Shown: positions 1 through 13,101, counted from the first letter of the stretch. The stretch is 64,000 bases of DNA from a virus (IMGVR_UViG_3300021431_000093:36005-100004), one strand, 5' to 3'. The notes: generated from the letters alone by a model not told the origin. Made by a program: numbers and translations.

Positions 1-1055
1 GTTGAATCAGCTTGAGTCATTTCATAATGACCATTTGATAACTGAGGTGAATACACTTTTTCTATTTTACCTTCAGTATCAATTCTTGTTAAATAATCAC
101 TGTTTCCTAAATCTCTATTATATTTATAAAATAAAGATCAGTTCTGATTGTTTGCTATTGAAAAATCAGTTACAACATTTGCTGATGGATAACCTATATC
201 TATATTGTATGTACATAATTGATTCAATGAACTTGATGCTCTTTGAACTTTTTGAACTTTAAAATAAGGTCCTCCATATTGATTTTGTACATCTTCATAT
301 GTCATTAAAGAATATACATTCTGTTTAATTGCTGAACTATTAGTACTTCCTGTAGGATTCATATATGAAACAAGGAAAGCAATATATTCAAGTACTGACA
401 TATTAGTACAAGTTGGAATCTTAACTATTTTATCATCACTTGCTATAAAGTTACTCATTTCAATCAGTGATCTATCTCTCATTCCTTTGAATACATCAGT
501 AAGATGATATTTTGAATTCCAAAGTACTTGTTTTATCTTATCACTTGGTTTAGCAGTTACTGATGGAAATGTATAAGTTCCACTTAATGACAAGGATGAA
601 GTAGATACAGCTTCAATAGTATATGTAATTGATGAACCTGTTATATCAAAACTATTTGATATTTTTGTTATAATTGCCTCTTCATCCCTATATACATAAT
701 TAGGTAACATTGCATCACCATAAGTGAATGTAATTCTAAAAGTATCAGATACTGAACTGAAAATTTTCTCAAAGAAATTTGGATCATTATCCTCGTTTAT
801 TTGATATTTAATAGTTAATCAATATTGATTAACTGTACCATTTATCTTTTTTACTTTTAAACTTTGAACGTAATTAGGATACTTCGCTGCCAATTCAGTT
901 ACAACACCATTTCTTTGATCAGCTTTAATTCCTTTACGCTCAAATACACCAAAAGAATAGTTCCCTATTTGTACACGAACAAAAGGAGCTTCTACCCTAT
1001 TAGTTGAAGCCAATAATGATCCTACTCTATTTGATTCTCGTGTAATTTCTGCCAT
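1..1055 (-). CDS. Putative baseplate hub/tail protein, partial (runs off window edge; code 4)
   Basis: ORFs 819..1055 and 138..710 are in one frame, separated only by TGA; the frame stays open to position 1; follows the LysM/gp53-like gene in the tail operon. Confidence 0.55.
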
Positions 1056-1056
1056 A

Positions 1057-1374
1057 TTATAAATACCTTATTCCTGATAATGATGGAATATTTAAAAAAT
1101 TATAATTTTCATATAAATTAATATATGGATCTTGAATTCTATTAAAATCTGCTATGACTCAAAATAAATCTGGTCTACCATAATACTTTAATGCTAAAGA
1201 ATCCAATGTATCTGTATCTTTAATCATATGTATAACATACTCTGTATTTGTATTTAAATTACCTGTTATACCATAAATATACTTTTTATCAACGGTGTGA
1301 TAATAAAAAGGAAACGTAGCATAACGTGATGTATAATCATAAAATTTCTTTGATTTATTTACAAGTACGTCCAT
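1057..1374 (-). CDS. LysM/T4 gp53-like baseplate wedge protein (105 aa, code 4)
   Basis: DTLDSLALKYYGRPDLF-W(TGA)-VIADFNRIQDP matches the LysM/gp53 YG...W.IA..N pattern; ends at TAA 1057. Confidence 0.8.
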
Positions 1375-2123
1375 TACTCAACTCCTGTGTGAGGTGGTAC
1401 TCACTTCTTGGTGGTTGTAGATGTTCTAGCATTCTTCTTAGGACCAAATGATACAGTCTTCTTAACAGTTTCAGTCTTACTTGTTCCAGCAGTAGATTTT
1501 GTATCCTTAACAATACTTACTGTTGGTGAATTATCAGTATCTTTATAAATACCATTTTTAAATGTTCTTGTTAATCCTCTAAATGATCCTGCCTCTACAA
1601 CATAATCAGCATCATAAGGTTCAACTTCAGATACATTAAATGTAACATCTATTACAGCATATTTACCACCAACTAATATTGGCTTCTTATATGTTACAAC
1701 AACAGCTGAATTTACAACACCTTTAATAAATATATCATTTTCAAATCTTATTGCAATCATAGGAGGTATTACAGTTTTTGCTCCAGATGAATATTCATTA
1801 TATTTAGGTAATGCCATTGCTTGTAAGTACTTAATTAAAGTATCAATGTAATCATCACCTGTAAAATCCACTACGTTATCTTTAAGGTTACTTACGTTCC
1901 TGTTTATATCATTTAATAAATCTCTATGAAATTCAAAATTTACAGAAACTTGTCTTGGTCCTGAATTTTGATATGAAAATACAGGAGCAGTTCTTGCTAA
2001 AGCATTAGTTGATGAGAAATTAGCTGCCATTGAATCAGATATAGATTCAGGACAATCAGGTAAAACACAGAATTTCTGCAAATGATAAAAGTAAATATAA
2101 TTATTTATTTGATTTCAAATCAT
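1374..2123 (-). CDS. Tail tube initiator-like baseplate protein (249 aa, code 4)
   Basis: ATG at 2123 and TAA at 1374, both in TAATG overlaps; PESISDS...R.AP...Y.NSGPR.V pattern typical of tube-like baseplate proteins. Confidence 0.6.
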
Positions 2124-3316
2124 TATAATAACCTCATCAATGTTTCAACATCCCTATCAACATAATCAAGTACATCTTGATATATATCAATAAATCTTTT
2201 AACAGGTTTATCTTCTTCAACAGTTGACTCAGATAAATCAGTTTTTATAATAGTGTTACCATATTTTAAATTATTACCTTTTGTGATATCAGGTATTAAT
2301 AATAAACTATGAATTTTATTCTGTAATTGATTATCTCAAATACCATAGTAACCTTTTATATCACCACCATAAACTGCATCTTGGATTCTTCCTACATTCT
2401 TCTGGAATTTATCCATAGGTGTAATAGCATTTTCAAGTAAATATTCTACCAGCCTATCAGCAAAAGGATAACTATTTTCAAGATTAGCATTTAATAATGA
2501 ACATTTACTGTCATATATAACTAAATCATTTTTAGCAGAATCATCATATATGAAGTTACTTATTTGAGTGCCATCTATAACATTTGTTCAAGATGTATAA
2601 TTACCTTCAAGAATAACTATTGAAGATTTAACTTCTGAAGGAATTTTCAATAACATTACAAGATTCTTTTCTTTTTGCCAGCAATCTTTAGCACAACTAA
2701 AATTGGTTGAATATAAGAATGGTTTACTGAATTTAGAACCACTAATAACTCTATATGATTCTTTAACTAAACTTGAAGGAATTCCTTCAACAAATATATT
2801 ACTATATAATAATGTAACTAATTCTCATTTGATATCTGAATCAATTGCGATAGTATAATTTTGATTAAATCTAATTGGTACTACATAATAATTAAAGTTA
2901 GTATTGTCAGTATCAATTTCAAATGTAAAACTATCACTTAACTTTTGAGTATAATAAATTCTTGATGGTCTTTTCTTACCAAAGCAATTATACATACTCA
3001 TTAAATCAACATGATGATAATCTCTTATAAACCTAAGGTAATCACCTAAATATTCATGAGTGTAGTTATCATAAATAGCTGAATTCATATTTAATCTTTT
3101 TGTTACATTTACTAATTGAGTATTATAAATATAATCAGCAAGAAATTTAAACTCAGATCCTGTTCATTTAACTATCTCATTGTCTTTTATATAAGCTCTA
3201 TTTTCATATAGTACTGTATTATCAGTATATACAGGAATCATTGGTAAATTAAAACTATGTAATAATTCCTTTATATGACCAATTACAATATTATTATCTT
3301 CAAAATTATATTTCAT
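2123..3316 (-). CDS. Hypothetical tail/baseplate protein (397 aa, code 4)
   Basis: Continuous frame once four TGA are read through; TAATG overlaps at both ends; lies just downstream of the tape measure. Confidence 0.6.
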
Positions 3317-5160
3317 TAGAATGATGCTCCTCTAATTACTCCTGATCAACTTGATGAAGTTGAATTTCCTGATAAATTGCTTACAGAAGTGTCTATCGAT
3401 TCAAGTCTTTCAGTCAATAAATCTAAAATGGCAACAACAGTATCAGTAATTGTAACAACATTTTCCTCTAGTGTAGGACCTTCATCAGCTTCAATTGTAG
3501 TTACACTGCTTGTTAATTCATTTAATGAACTTTGTGAACCTGAAAGGATATCCTTTAAACCGCCAGTTGATATGTACATACTACCAGACACACCAGCATC
3601 AGAAATTCTAATATCTCCACCCCTCATTGATCCTGAACTTAAAGCATTAAACATTGCTTCAGCACCTGACACCTTTGATGAATTTATTATATCACTTATA
3701 GTTCCACCTTCACCAAATAAACTAGTTATAATAGGTATTAATGAAGCATTTGTTGCAGCTATACCAAGTAATTGCATTGCAGTTCCAGCAGCTTTACCTA
3801 ATAAACCACCGTTTGATAGTGTATCACCAATATCATGTAATATATTACCTATGCCAGACTTTGAAATTAAATTAGTTATTTCATAAGTCATTAATTGAGT
3901 TTGATTATTTGCTATATTTGTACCAAATGATCACATTAAATTAGCCATACGATTCTGTAATCCTGTACCGAATGACATAAATCCATCGTAATCTCTTAAT
4001 AAAGTACCTATATCAGATGAAACACCACCTTGAGTTGATCTCATATTATTTGCAGCAATTATATCAGTAATATTTACTCCAAATAAATTACCTAACTGGG
4101 ACCTTACAACATTACTTTGATTAGCACCCATTTCTTGCATATAGGATGTAATACTTGCTAATAATTTATCAGTTGTATTTGCATCAAGACCATTATTTAA
4201 TAACGCTCCATAATCTAATCCTGCTCTTGCAGCTCCCATAAGAACCAAGTTAGATATTCCACTTCCTAAATTTGAAATATCTCCTGACCCTAAAGCATTT
4301 AATGCAGATGCTAAACTATTAACTGTACTAGCATTCATACCTGCACTATACATAGAACCTAATCATGTTTGTACAGTACCTTCAAAATCAACTGCTTGTC
4401 TAGCATTCATTGTTGATTGAGCTGTAAGTAAAGAATCAGATACAGAATCAAATGCTGCCTTAATATATTCAGATGTTTGATAGTTTTGATTTAAAAATCT
4501 CTGTAAACTATATTCTATCGCCATTCTATTTGACGATAAATCTCTATTTTGTAACCTAATTAATTGTGTTAATGATCCATCTTGAGCATTAAACACCATA
4601 TCAATATCTTGTGCTAATGTTTGTAAAAATGCTCTTTGTTCAACATTATAAGTAATACCTGATTTTACTAAATTACCTAAATTATCAAATACACGTTCTT
4701 GTCTTACAATATTACTTGTACTTAATGTATTTTGGAATCTATCTAAAACAGAAGTCAAAGATGTTTGTGAACCTGATAAATGAGCATTAAGTGAAGTTTG
4801 AGCTTCAAGATATTTATTAAGTGATTTATCTATCTCAGCTGTTAATCCACCAGTAATATTTCCTAATGTTTTTGTAGTTTTGTCAAGTGTACCAAATGCA
4901 TCTTCATAGGCAGCCTTAACTACTTTACCTTCATTTTTATAATCTTCTACACGCTTCTTATGAGCATCTTCTTCAAGCTCTTTCATGAGCTGATATTTAG
5001 ATTTAACAGACTCACGATCTAGTTCACGTGTATATTCATTTATTTTTTGAATCTCTTTTTTAGTAAGGTCTGTTTTTGTATGCAACTCTTGAATAGTTTC
5101 ACGTGCAGCTGCGTTCCTATTACTTTGAGCATCTAAACTTGAACTTCTATTTTCAGCCAT
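3316..5160 (-). CDS. Tape measure protein (614 aa, code 4)
   Basis: Three in-frame ORF fragments joined by TGA; helical Ala/Gly/Ser/Leu-rich composition; follows tube and chaperone genes. Confidence 0.75.
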
Positions 5161-5378
5161 TAGCTTATCCTCTTCTTATTCTCTTCCAATAATTCCTTGG
5201 CACGATTAGCATCATCAACAATAAATTCTATTAGATAATCCCTTTCCCTAGGAGTTATCTTCAGTATATCAGTATAAGGTGTATTACAATTTTTAGATAT
5301 TGAATAACATTCCCTTACAATTTCTTTGAATCTATGTGGACCATATGGTTCACCATCATCATTAAATTGTGGGTCCAA
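5160..5378 (-). CDS. gp51-like hub assembly/tail chaperone segment, possibly made by frameshift
   Basis: YTDILKITPRERDYLI resembles T4-like gp51; TTG start lies inside a T6 run at the end of the upstream gene, with no clear RBS. Confidence 0.55.
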   Translation of the reverse strand: MDPQFNDDGEPYGPHRFKEIVRECYSISKNCNTPYTDILKITPRERDYLIEFIVDDANRAKELLEENKKRIS

Positions 5379-6105
5379 AAAATTCGCTAGTGTAACGAAA
5401 GGGAGTATCTACTTCACCTCCACACTTAGTGCATTTTAAATGTAAATTAGTATCAATTCCAATTGAAGAATTTAATTTAGTAGCAACCTGTGAAATAATA
5501 TTTGTATCTTTCATAGGTAATTTTTTAAGTGTTTCTTTAATCATAATAGGATCAATAGGTTCACCATCAACTGAATCAATTAAAGATTGTAATGTAAGTA
5601 AAATTGTAGGATCACCAGTCATATCAGGAAAATCCTCTCTCATTTTTTTAGCTTCTCTATTTATCCTGTCTAAATCTCTAGTAGTTTGAAATCTTAACTT
5701 TACTTCATTACCTGTAACAGGTAATTTAACTGTCATTAATTCCTTAATACTGTCATCATATTTATTTATTTTCATATCATCAAGATCAACAGTTATAATT
5801 TCAGAGTTACCACAATAAGGACATGTAAATCTTAAATTATAATCTGCGCCATATGTTACAACTCTTAATTTATGAAGTAAATAAGTATAATCACCTAAAC
5901 ATAAATCATATACAGGAATAGGAAATTTTTCATCTAAACATGATTCAATAATTTCTGACATTGCCTTGTAAGGATTATTTGAAGGTGCCAATCTTTTCAT
6001 TTCATCTTCAACAGTCATTGACCTTAAAGTAAATGATGGATCAAATTTCTTTCCGTAAATTCTACCTTTGCTAGGTAATTCAAAATCCTCTTTAATTGCT
6101 ACCAT
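5362..6105 (-). CDS. T4 gp26-like baseplate hub assembly/tail chaperone
   Basis: LPSKG..Y, LRSMTVEDE, two CxxC pairs, C-terminal FF. Confidence 0.75.
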   Translation of the reverse strand: MVAIKEDFELPSKGRIYGKKFDPSFTLRSMTVEDEMKRLAPSNNPYKAMSEIIESCLDEKFPIPVYDLCLGDYTYLLHKLRVVTYGADYNLRFTCPYCGNSEIITVDLDDMKINKYDDSIKELMTVKLPVTGNEVKLRFQTTRDLDRINREAKKMREDFPDMTGDPTILLTLQSLIDSVDGEPIDPIMIKETLKKLPMKDTNIISQVATKLNSSIGIDTNLHLKCTKCGGEVDTPFRYTSEFFGPTI

Positions 6106-6106
6106 A

Positions 6107-6340
6107 TTATCTTCCTCTCTGTCTTAATGCACGTAAAGTTTTACCTTCATCGTTTAAAATATAAATATTGATACCATTAGCCTCTATGGTTTCAAAATCA
6201 TCTTCTTTCTTACGATTTTTACGGTAAATATTACAAAAGCTGATACCATTATCATAAACACCTGTATCGACTTTATCAATTCCATCAATATAGGTTGTTT
6301 TAATAATATTATCAGCTAAAAAATCTTTCTGTATTATCAT
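6107..6340 (-). CDS. Hypothetical protein (77 aa)
   Basis: ATG at 6340 preceded by GAAAGGAAG. Confidence 0.55.
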   Translation of the reverse strand: MIIQKDFLADNIIKTTYIDGIDKVDTGVYDNGISFCNIYRKNRKKEDDFETIEANGINIYILNDEGKTLRALRQRGR

Positions 6341-6403
6341 ATCTTTGTCTTCCTTTCTGTCTATTTCTATATTATAACAACACAAAGTTATTATAATATA
6401 GAA

Positions 6404-6424
6404 ATAATCAACCGAAGTTGATTA
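6404..6424 (-). terminator. Hairpin terminator after tail tube gene
   Basis: TAATCAAC-loop-GTTGATTA inverted repeat followed by T-rich bases on the minus strand. Confidence 0.45.
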
Positions 6425-6434
6425 TTGTCTTTCT

Positions 6435-7013
6435 TTAAAGTTGATCTGGTTTATGTGGAATGGCGCGATCGAACACAATTGTTCCGGTAAGTGTTTTCTT
6501 ATCAGCATTGTTGTTATCCCATCCAGATTCCTGAATTTGACTTACCCAACAACCTTTAAGTTCCCAATAATTAACTAAAGTATTATCAGGTAAATATTCA
6601 AGTACAACTGCATCTTTCTTATAAACATCAGATGATGGAATAGTATCATCAACAACATTGTAAGATAATGCTTGTCAAGCTCTTAATACTGATTTACCAT
6701 CAGCACCTGCAAAGTCATTAATAACTAATGAACCAGTGCCAAAACTTGCCTTACCAGCAAAATGAACTGTACTATTACCACGGTTAACATCTATAACATT
6801 CTGTTGGAAATCTGGTACTGAGAAACTTACAACGGAGAAATCAATTACTTCCTGACCATTTGTAATATAGTCATCTCTATCATTTGCATCACCAGCAACT
6901 CTTAATAAACTATCCAAGCCTGAAACCAAGAACCTAAAGTTATTTGTTCTTATTGGTTGATAAGACTTAGGATTATCTGCAAGGTGGTATGTTCCAAAAT
7001 TTGTAGTAGCCAT
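6435..7013 (-). CDS. Tail tube protein, gp19-like (192 aa, code 4)
   Basis: VLRA-W(TGA)-QALSYN...YKKDAVVLEYLPD...YWELKGCW matches gp19 motifs; directly after the sheath. Confidence 0.9.
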
Positions 7014-7029
7014 CTATATCATTCCTCCA

Positions 7030-8346
7030 TTAAACTGTAACATCTTTAATCGTTACTTCTTCATCAGTCAATATAATATTAATATCGAATGATTCAACTG
7101 CTTCGATTGGTTGAATTGTTAAGGTAGCCTTGATAGTTGCTTTTTTATCAGCTACTTCTTTTGTCCATTTATACCAAGAGATACCTCTACCACTCTTCAT
7201 TCTATCTAATAAAGAGTTTGCTAAAGTCTTGAAATTAATCCAGACTATATCATCATTAGGTTCAAATGTACATCTCATTGCTGTATGATAAATCTGTTTC
7301 TTAATATCACAAAGTAACATTCTGACATTTAAGAAATTCATATATCTATCAGCTAAAACTGAATTTGTCTTATTAACAACTCTATTACCCCAAATTCTAT
7401 AACCGTATGTACCAGCATTATAAATTGGGTTAATCATGATATTTAATTGCTGACCTGCTTCTTCATCACCTTGTAAAGTATGCATTAATGCTTCACCAAC
7501 ATCAAATGAAGGTTTAACTAAACCAGGGATATAACCTCTAACTGTACCAGCTGCAGCAAACCAGTTTGCATTACTCTTAACACTTTCTGCATATGCCATT
7601 AAGTAACCAAAACTTGCAGGCATTAATACTGTACTTTGAGTATTATTAGCAGTTGTTGTAAAGTTGAACCATGGGAAGAAAGCTGCTGAGTATAAATCTC
7701 CTGCTCCATCAGGTGTGTATTGTTCCTGAATCATATCAAATAATTCAGTCTCATTTTCAACAAAATCTTTAAATTCAATTAAAGCAATTGCATCACCTCT
7801 AGCTTCAGCTAACTCTCTGATTGCAGTGTAGGATGTTGTTGTTTTTGATATAACTTCATCATCTACAGTAACTTCATAAGTCTTACCGCAGTTAGCATAT
7901 CCACCAGTTGTGATAAATTTAATATTAAATAAGTTCCTATTTTTGAACTCGTCTAAATCTCCATTATTAATGCATCCTTCAACCAAATTATATGCTTCAT
8001 CTTCAGATAAGTCATTACCTACTGTAGCATTTTCATATAATAAAGGTTTGACGACCACATTTAATCCTTGTAATAAGAGTTCATACGCCATAATGTACGA
8101 TTTATCTAAACCACTATCAACCGTGACTGTATGTCCGGATGCTCAACCCCTAAAGGCATTTGCACTGGTGAATAATCTCGAGACGGCTTCAGTATCAGTA
8201 TAGATAACTTCCGTAGCATTGGTATTCTCATCAGTACTGGTTTCATAACTTCTAGCGTACAACATAGGGACTAGGACTGTATTTTCTGTAATATCAAATG
8301 CGGCTAATGAAACAGCTTCCTGTTCGCGAATTTTAATATTAGGCAT
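7030..8346 (-). CDS. Tail sheath protein, gp18-like (438 aa, code 4)
   Basis: WFAAAG..RG, INPI, IWGNR, LNVRML, FEPND..W motifs; one TGA at 8143 joins the N-terminal fragment. Confidence 0.93.
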
Positions 8347-8364
8347 GTTTATCCATTCTCTCCT

Positions 8365-8961
8365 TTAATCTTGTACTTTTATATCCCCACTATATTCAAT
8401 ATTCCAGTTATCCATAAATGGAACACTAAATAAGTAAGCATCATCTATTGTCAATCTAATTGACATTCTTGTAAATTGTCCACTAATTAATCTCTCAGGA
8501 ATATCTGAATTATCAGACACTGTACTTTCAATCATTAAAGTAGAATCATGGACAATATTCGCATTGTTATAAGGTATTTCAATATGTAAATTAGGATAAT
8601 TTATAATATTGAAAATAAAATTTCTTACATATTCATCTGCTTCAGCAAAATATTTACAATATATATCCAACTGATATGATAACCTAATAGGTATACCATT
8701 CAACAATTCTGATTTTTCACAATTAGCAGCTATATGACCACCATCATATGATAGAGGTTTTTTAGTTGTACTTATTATTTCAAAATCATTATCTCTTGAA
8801 ATAGCAATAAGTGGTAATGTTAAAGGTTCATCATTTGATTGATCAGCTCTTAATTGAAATAACCTTGTTGATTCAGATGGCTTTAATATTTTCATATTAG
8901 GATCCTTAACTCATTTTTTAATTTTATCAGTTAAGGCATCATCATAAAATCTAATAGCCAA
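8365..8961 (-). CDS. Tail terminator/sheath stabiliser, gp15-like (198 aa, code 4)
   Basis: TTG start with AAGGAG RBS; LPLIAISR and PIRLSYQLDIY motifs; position upstream of the sheath. Confidence 0.65.
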
Positions 8962-9319
8962 TTAATCACTCCTTATATAATATATCTATATTATTATGGA
9001 CCAAATTAAATATCTTTTCAATTAAAGGATAACCTTTACAAGTTCTATTACCATAGGTTATCATATTTACTAATGAATTTAAATTGTTACCTTTATATCT
9101 TATATTTTTATTTATTGTGATTGTATAATTTGTAGATGATTCTTTTATAATCAAATTCCTAACAGCTAATTTAAATACTTGATATGTATTCACATTAAAT
9201 TCTTTATCTATTTTTTGTACTTCAATGTAATTAAACGTATCAGTAACTTTTTTACCAATATAGTCAACTATATAATCTATAAAATCTTTACTATAAACTT
9301 TGTCTATTGTTAATTTCAT
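8951..9319 (-). CDS. Hypothetical neck-region protein
   Basis: TAATG-coupled start; ends at TAG 8951 in code 4. Confidence 0.55.
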
Positions 9320-10005
9320 TAGATAAGATTATTCTGCTTAATGTAGTCAACTATACCTTGTCGCTGTAATAAACTATCAATCATTTCTCTAGCTTGCTGA
9401 TCATTAAGATTTTGAGCTTGTGATCTATTATTTCTTGTAGAAACACCACTATTCTTTAATGCTTGTTCTATACCAGCAATTGATTTTAATGATTTACCAT
9501 CACCTTCATAGAATATACTTGTTAATTTAGATTCATCAAAACCTTTTTCTATACAATCATTTAATAATCTTAAGACATCCCTAAATTCATCATCACTTCT
9601 AGTGTAAAGGTTTAATCTAGGATTATTCTTAATAACGATATTTTTTCAAAAGTTATTTTTTAAATCATCATTACTTATACTTCCATCAGAATAAGCATTA
9701 TATACTTTTGTAAATGAATCAACTGATTGAAGTGGAGCATCATGATCATTTATCATTCTTAATAAATTCATGAACTCATTATTTACACGACCAAGTTCCA
9801 CTCACTTCATAGCATTAACTCATCTATTTACATAATCAATACCATAATTTAAAATTATTTTTATTGTTTCCCTTGGAATACGAGCACTATCTTCAAGAAA
9901 TTCAGCAAGAACCATTAATCTATCATTTCCATAAGCAGCATTGTAAGCTTCTTCAGCCATTTGTACAGTATTATACTTGGCCTCATTTAATCTTCTTACT
10001 TTCAT
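9319..10005 (-). CDS. Hypothetical putative head-associated protein (228 aa, code 4), MKVRRLNE leader
   Basis: Open through three TGA to a TAATG overlap; GAGGAG RBS. Confidence 0.65.
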
Positions 10006-10508
10006 TTAAAATGCTCCTCATCTTCTTGATTTAATAAATTAAAATCACTATCGACAAATAATTCTGTATCAGCTCTTTCAACATTTGTTTCGTATTCTTG
10101 AACAAGTCTACAAGTAATACTTGCTGGATAAATTGCTATAGCTGACATTTCAACTACTCTGAATTTTCTACCTTGAGTATTATCAAATGCTGATGGTATT
10201 TTAAATAAACAACCAACTTGTAAATTTTCTAAATCATATGGTACACTAATAAGTGATGCTTGATCTTGTAATTCAGAATTTCAACCTAATTTTTTTGCTG
10301 TTTTCTGATCAATATTTTCATTAAATATACAACCAACTCGAAGGGGTTCACTATATGAAGTATCTAGTTCCCCTTGAGTAGTGTACTGTTTATTCTGGAG
10401 TGGATATTGGTATTCACAAAATACACCCCTTAATGTTACCATTTCATTGAAGTATCTTCTTTGAAGTTGAACATTAGGTTGTACTAATCTTCCGTAGTCC
10501 TTCTCCAT
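9996..10508 (-). CDS. Neck/head-closure protein, gp14-like (code 4)
   Basis: KKLG-W(TGA)-NSE...ISVPYDL..LQVGCLF.IP pattern; position between neck adaptor and tail genes. Confidence 0.6.
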
Positions 10509-10516
10509 AATAACTC

Positions 10517-12316
10517 CTATTTTCTTACGGCTCTTCCGTAAACTCTAGTTGCTTCAGACTCATTAGATTCATTAATTGTCTTTGCTGTATAGTTATAAAT
10601 TAAACTTTCAGAAATGAACTTTTTATCAGATAAAGTACCTTTTAATACGAATGCTTTATTTGATTTTGAGAATGTTTCATTCTTTCCTTCAGTTACAACT
10701 TTACCTCTCTTCGTATTCTTAAAACCTTCAAATACGAATGAGGTCTTCTTTTCTTTACCAGAATTGAATTTAATTAATCCTTCAACAACTAACTGACCTT
10801 TATTTAAAGTTACACCTGTTGTCTTAAAAGAATTTACATTTTCATAAACTCTATGAAGATATGATTCACCGATTTCATCAAATGATTCTTCATCGAATTC
10901 ATCAATGTCTAACTCATCTTCAGCTGGTTCTTCTTCAGCAGCTACTTCTTCAGCTGATTGTTCTTCATTATTTTCAATGTCTGTAATTTCTTCAGCATCC
11001 AATGGAGCAATCATTTCATCTTCAGATGCAGCTTCTGGTTCTTCAGGATTACCAACTTCAACAACTACTTTACCATCTTCAGTTTTAACTTCAATATCCT
11101 GTTCATCTGTATGAACTTCAACTTCGTTGAGGTCTTCTTTCAAGTCTTTAACTGGTTCTTCCTTAGGATCAATTAATTTTTCAGCATCTTCAGATTGAAC
11201 TTCTTTCAAATCTTCACCTAAAGATTCTTGAGTAGGAGCATTAGCAAATAATAAATTTAATAATGCTTCAGTATATTCATCCTGTGCTAAATCAGCAGCA
11301 TCAGCTAAATCACCAAATCCTTCTTCATTACACCACTCTGGATCATAATCAGGAATATCTTTAGCGATAGTAAATGCTAAATTATCATTTAAATCGACTA
11401 ACTTATCATTTAAATATTCACTGACTAATTCTCTTACAGCCTGTGCATCTTCAGTAAGTTTAGATTCATTAACAACTAACTTATCAGGAATTTCAGTTGT
11501 AGGATTCTCCATTGGAGTTTCTAAATCATGATCATCTTCAACTGCTCTGTCAGGATCAACTCCAACTTTATCTGGATCTTCAAACTCCTCATGAAGTTCA
11601 TCATCAGCATCAACATTAATAGCTACATCATCACTATCTTCAGGTTGATCAACATGAACATCAATGTCTTCATCAAAATCTCTATCATCTAAACTAAAGA
11701 ATTTATCATTGAAATTCTTTTCAGCTTTTTCAAATCCAGCCTTAGTGTTTGTACCACCGTTGACTTCATTCTCATAAGCAACATCTGATAAAGCATTATA
11801 AACATCACCGTTTAACATTTCCTGATCAACAGATCCATCTTCGAACCTATCTTCATTTAATGCTTCTTTAAGTGCTTCACCAATCTCTTCATCGGAAATA
11901 TCTGGTTCTTCTTCTACTTCAACTTCCTCTTCATCTTTTGGTTCTTCTTTAAAAGCATCAGCATCAAACTTTTCAATCCTACCGATAACATTCCATCCAA
12001 AAGCATTACTACATACTGGACATTCTTCCTCGACATTTGCGAGACCCGAATCCTCATCAATAATTACATCTGCGATGTCCTTGTAAATTCTTGTATGACA
12101 GCTGTCACATTCAAGAATAACTTTACCAATATAATTATCTTGGAGGTCTTCAACTTCGTCAGCCTCAACATCAATAATTTCTTCTTCAGCAGGCGCTTCG
12201 ATGTCATCAGCTACAAAGCTCTGTAATTCATCTATAACACCCTGATCAGCAGTCAAGTTAAAATCGTCTTCGAGTAATTTTAAACTTTGGAAAGCTTCTT
12301 TAAGGTAAAATTCCAT
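10517..12316 (-). CDS. Acidic prohead core/internal head protein with zinc ribbon (599 aa)
   Basis: Very Asp/Glu-rich; CDSC...CPVC; many L-x-E motifs; late promoter motif upstream. Confidence 0.6.
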   Translation of the reverse strand: MEFYLKEAFQSLKLLEDDFNLTADQGVIDELQSFVADDIEAPAEEEIIDVEADEVEDLQDNYIGKVILECDSCHTRIYKDIADVIIDEDSGLANVEEECPVCSNAFGWNVIGRIEKFDADAFKEEPKDEEEVEVEEEPDISDEEIGEALKEALNEDRFEDGSVDQEMLNGDVYNALSDVAYENEVNGGTNTKAGFEKAEKNFNDKFFSLDDRDFDEDIDVHVDQPEDSDDVAINVDADDELHEEFEDPDKVGVDPDRAVEDDHDLETPMENPTTEIPDKLVVNESKLTEDAQAVRELVSEYLNDKLVDLNDNLAFTIAKDIPDYDPEWCNEEGFGDLADAADLAQDEYTEALLNLLFANAPTQESLGEDLKEVQSEDAEKLIDPKEEPVKDLKEDLNEVEVHTDEQDIEVKTEDGKVVVEVGNPEEPEAASEDEMIAPLDAEEITDIENNEEQSAEEVAAEEEPAEDELDIDEFDEESFDEIGESYLHRVYENVNSFKTTGVTLNKGQLVVEGLIKFNSGKEKKTSFVFEGFKNTKRGKVVTEGKNETFSKSNKAFVLKGTLSDKKFISESLIYNYTAKTINESNESEATRVYGRAVRK

Positions 12317-12353
12317 TACTTTTATTCCTCCGTAAAAATTATTTTATTTATAA

Positions 12354-12364
12354 TAAATTTAGCA
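12354..12364 (-). promoter_or_regulatory. Putative late promoter TGCTAAATTTA
   Basis: Repeated intergenic motif upstream of structural genes. Confidence 0.7.
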
Positions 12365-12402
12365 ACTTCTAAATGCTAAATTATGAAACATTTTTCAGAA
12401 AA

Positions 12403-13101
12403 CTAATCAAGAGGTAAAACTAAATCAGTTGCAACTCTTAACTGTTCCCTTAATGTAGTTAATTCACTATTACCCTCTTCAAGTAGTGTTGCTCCATCAT
12501 CTGACCATAACGCATTTGATTGAGTATACCTTGTTCTAATTCTTCCTAAAATTATTTTAGCATAAGCAATAGATAATTTTAATAAAATATCTTGTCAGTA
12601 ATTTGTAACTACTTCAGATGCATCATGTAATTTAGGTACAAACTCTATAACTACTTCAGATGGTTGACCATTGGTGTAATTAACATACAACTTTTTATTT
12701 ATTTCATCATATCTAAAATCCATATCAGTTGATGCTGTATTGGATATTTGTTGAGCAGTGGCATAATTTAAATATCTATATACTCAATCAGTTGTATAAT
12801 AATTAGATGATATATTATACATCTGTAATTGAGAAACATATGCAGGGTCTGATGTAACATTTCCTGTCCCTAATCCTGATATTCTATGCACAGCAATAAC
12901 TGATTCTATTTGTGGATATTCTACTATATCAATACAACTGGATGCTGGTACCTGAATAATGTTGGTAACATTATAATACCTATTCATTTCTTCCATTGCC
13001 ATATTAATGACTTTTTCTATACCTTTATCATCCAATTCACAATCTATAATTCCACCAGTTAATTGGAATTTAATCTTATCTATATAATCCTTAACTTCCA
13101 T
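12403..13101 (-). CDS. Neck/head-tail adaptor, gp13-like (232 aa, code 4)
   Basis: Y-W(TGA)-QDILLKLSIAYAKIILGRIRTRY...DGATLLEEG..EL matches the gp13 C-terminal pattern. Confidence 0.85.
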
